This document shows, piece after piece, positions 60,190 through 64,000 of a DNA stretch of 64,000 nt (its first letter is position 1; each line of letters opens with the position of its first letter). Origin of the DNA: Eledone cirrhosa (Eukaryota); the NCBI GenBank assembly GCA_964016885.1, contig OZ024744.1, positions 5,642,001 through 5,706,000 of the forward strand, in the 5' to 3' direction. The notes beneath the pieces are model-generated. The model was not told where the DNA came from. It saw nothing but the letters and a program-made list of their open reading frames with translations, and made no database searches. The position numbers were made by a program, and so were the translations under genes.

Positions 60190-63100
60190 AGAGTCCCTCT
60201 GATTCAAAACCACTTTGTGACTCTGGTCAGTGTGTACGCTCCTACTATGTGCGCTAGTGATGATGAAAAACTAGCTTTCTACATGTCTTTGAGAAAGGTT
60301 ATCCATAGTATACCTTATGCAGACAAGATTGTAATCCTTGGTGATTTTAATGCACGTGTTGGTAATGACTTGGAAGCTTGGAATGTGATGGGAAAGCATG
60401 GAGTAGGTAAGTGCAATAACAATGGCCTACTTCTGTTGCAGATGTGCACTGACATGGATCTTGTTGTTGGGAACTCGATCTTTCAGCAGAAAGACAAATA
60501 TAAGACAACTTGGATGCATCCAGGTTCCAAGAAGTGGCACCTTATTGACTTCGTTTTAACGAGGAAACGTGATGTCAGGGATATCACATTGGTTCGTGTA
60601 TCGCGAGACACGGAATGTTGGACTGATCATCGTCTGGTGCGCGCCAAGTTTCAATTTGTTGTGAAGCCCAAAGTAAGGGGGAAGAAGGTTGCACTCCCAA
60701 AATAACTGAACGTGGCTCGTCCGAAAATAGAGAAAGTCAGAGCTTAGCTGTCGAAGTCCCTTGAGTCCATGGAATGTGAAAACACTTGGGAATCATTGAA
60801 GAAAGCCGTCTGTGATGTCAATGCTGGGGTTTTAGGTCATACCAATAGAAAGCATAAAGACTAGTTTGATGAAAATGGTGCAGTGATCCAGTCCTTGCTT
60901 GAAAGGAGACAAAAGGTGCTGCCATCATTATTTTGTGAGACCTGTTCTGACAAGAGTGACCGGACCTTCAAGCAGATCAAGGCACGTATACAAAATCAAT
61001 TGAGAGCCATGCAGGATACCTGGTGGAGAAAAATTGTGATGAAATCCAGAAAGCCCCAGATAGACATGATACAAAGGTCTTATACAATCTGCTGAGGGAG
61101 GTTTATGGTCCAACTGGTCCACAAATATCACCACTTCGTTCCAGGGACGGCAAGGAATTGCTCAGAGATCCGAAGGAAATCCTGATCAGGTGGCCTGACC
61201 ACTTTTATGAGCATCAGAAATTGATGATGAGTTCATCCGATCGATTCCATCCAGACCTACAAAGCTGGCAATGGCTGATCCTCCTTCATTTGATGAGGTG
61301 GCGAAGGCCATTGCCAAATTAAACAGCGGCAAGTCACCTGGAATGGATGGACTGAGTTCCGAGATCTTCAAATGGGCTGGTGATAAATTCTTAAACCACC
61401 TCACTGATCTCTTTGTGAATGTTTGGAATGAAGAAGATCTACCGCAGGACTGAGGAGATGCATTGATGGTGGTACTTTACAAAGGAAAGGGAGCCAAAGA
61501 TGAATGTTGCAACTACATAGGTATCTCGCTGCTATCTGTGGCTGGGAAGATCTTGTGCAGGATATTGTTGGACAGATTGATACAGCATATTGCTGTTGAG
61601 GTACTTCCTGAGTCCCAATGTGGCTTTAGGAATGGCAGAGGCACTGTTGATATGATCTTCTCGGCCAGACAACTTCAAGAGAAATGCATTGAGAAGCGCA
61701 TGGACTTATACCAAGTTTTTGTCGATCTGACCAAGGCATTTGACACCGTTAATCGGAAGGATTTGTGGGTTATTTTGGAGATATTGTGCTGTCCTGAAAA
61801 GTTTGTGAACATTCTGAAGCTCTTCCACGATGACATGCAGGCATGGGTGAATATTGGAGGTAAACTATCTGAGCCAATCTCGGTTGAAAATGGTGTCAAG
61901 ATGATATACCCGCACTAACTTTGTTTGCCTTGTATTTCGCAATGGTGTTCTTCATGGCCTTCAGGGATTGTCAACACAGTCTATCTCAGATATAGCACTT
62001 CCGGTAATATGTTTAACCCCAGGCGTCTCACTGCCAACACTAAGGTACTGAGTACCTTGATCGGGGAATTTTTATATGCAGATGATTGTGATCTCTTTGC
62101 ACACTCCCAGAGTGACATGCAACACCTTATGGATTCTTTTTCCAATGTGTGCAGTGCTTTGGGACTGACAATCAGTCTGAAGAAGAGTGTCGTCATGTAC
62201 CAAACTGCTCCGGATAAAGTTTTCAAGGAACCCTCCATATACATATACGGTCAAAAGCTGAAGGCTGCTGACTCATTTGTGTATTTGGGGAGTACTCTGA
62301 GTGTGGCCTGCTCTCTGATGTTTTTCTGTGTATTAGCAAAGCAAGTGAGTCATTTGGAAGGCTCAGCAACGATCTTTGGTGCAGGCAAGAAATCACAATG
62401 AAGACCAAGTTGAGAGTGTGTGCTGCATGTGTACTGTCAGCTTCGCTGAATGCGTGTGAGACATGGGTTCACTATAAACGGCATCTCCACAGACTGGAAC
62501 AATTTCACCAGCAGTGTCTCAGAAAATGCTCGGTATCAAGTGGCAGATGCATGTGAGTGATGTTGAGGTCCTTGAGAGAAGTGAGTGTCGGAGCATTGAG
62601 AGTATAATCCACCAACGACGTTTGAGATGGACCGGACACCTTTGCAGAATGGAGGATGATCGAATCCCAAAACAACTCTTGTATGGCGAGCTTTGTAAAG
62701 GTAAGAGACCACCCCACAAACCAAAGCTCTGATTCAAGGATTGTGTAAAGGACTCATTGAAAAAGAAACTGGTTTGATGGTGGCTGACTGGGAGATAGAA
62801 GCTCTTGAAAGAGAAACTTGGCGTGGAATGGTGAATGATAGGTCCATAACTTTGAGGACAGGCGCATAGAGTACGAGAAGATCAAACGGGATGTCCGTAA
62901 GCAATGCCCTGATGTATCTGTCGAAATGACCGGTGTCTCCATTGACTTGAAGTGGGTTGAGTGTGGAAACATTTGCTTGAGAAAATCTGGTCTCAGGAGT
63001 AACAGTCGCAGCCATGTTCAAAGAGAACCAGTGAACTATGATCTCCACGGTGTTGTGAGAGTTCACGGGCAGCCTGATGCAGGACCTCAAGCCAGGGAGA

Positions 63101-63240
63101 TCCATAGTCGTCAGTGTTTGAAGGAGTGAAAGTCTCTAGCAGGCTTGAAAAGCCATATCCGAGAGTGACATATTTGAATCTGACAAGCGATTGCAATACT
63201 CTTGGCAGTGTTTGCAACCATCATGTATGTATGTATGTAC
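60190..63240 (+). mobile_element. Decayed RTE/BovB-like LINE (partial APE + RT)
   Basis: SVYAPT, GDFNARVG, TWMHP..KWHLIDF, TDH, KSPGMDGL, GISLLS, PESQCGFR, FVDLTKAFD, LYADD, YLGS, RLRWTGH; frameshifted. Confidence 0.9.
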
Positions 63241-64000
63241 AAAGGGCGGAAGAACTCATAAGAGTCAACAGCCATCCAAAAGTGTGTAAATATGTATATA
63301 CACATGTACATGTGTGTGTATATGTGTATATGCATGGGTGCATGTGTATGTATATGCGCGGGGACACAGAAATAGTCGGGTTGGACACCCGATCGCGCGG
63401 TTAAACCACTGGGAGTGAAGAACCCCTAGCCTTTGTCAGGGCATTCTTCTAGGAGAAGGCAACTCAGGTAACTGGGATAACCCCGATATAAAACCTGCAG
63501 CTCTGTAGTTACCGATGATGTTGATCTTTTCTTCTTTTCGGGTTATAGCTACTGTCTCTCAGAGAGTGGGATTGGCTCAGTGTACAGTCTTTCCTCACTT
63601 TAAAAAAGATCTTCACGCACAGGCATTGCACGATAGAATTAATTAATTATTATTAATAATGGTATATCGTGCAATGGCCATACTCGATAACGAAGGGCAG
63701 CCATCATCATGTATATATGTATGTATGTTCTTCTGGTTTTATAATTTCACAAATTGTTTCCCAATAAAGAGAGAGTCGGTTTCTAACATAGACACAAGAC
63801 TCTCTCACTGGAATTTACACAACATCAACTAGGTAGATTATATAGCAGGATAACCACCCGCAACACCAGTCAACAAAGACCTGGTGAAACAATGTGTGCG
63901 ATATGTAACAAAGTGTGTAGAACTAGTTCTGGGCTAAAAAGACACATGGGGGGGGGGGGAGTACATAAAGATTGCTTCCCACAGGGTGACACCATCTCTC

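Overview
AT-rich eukaryotic repeat DNA, probably from a coleoid cephalopod such as Octopus (inferred from the SINE domains and the (AT)n density). I could not support any host protein-coding gene. The main signal is an RNA system. A 14-kb tandem array (about 1556-15575) has 43 monomers of about 321 bp. Each carries a type I hammerhead ribozyme (HHR) with a compensated U3-A8 core and a long bulged stem I (the first is 5'-truncated), as in non-LTR retrozymes. A diverged solo monomer at 39926-40262 (minus strand) keeps the same fold through compensatory changes. It sits next to (AT)n with an inverted end duplication typical of Penelope-like element (PLE) insertions. The rest of the window holds about 20 further HHR or HHR-like motifs from many unrelated PLE pseudo-LTR families, mostly in palindromic insertions into (AT)n. 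Other contents are a decayed PLE RT/GIY-YIG ORF, GIY-YIG fragments, a full-length decayed Tx1/L1 LINE, CRE and RTE LINE relics, Helitron and pogo relics, SINEs and minisatellites. All folds were read by eye; no folding program or database search was run.
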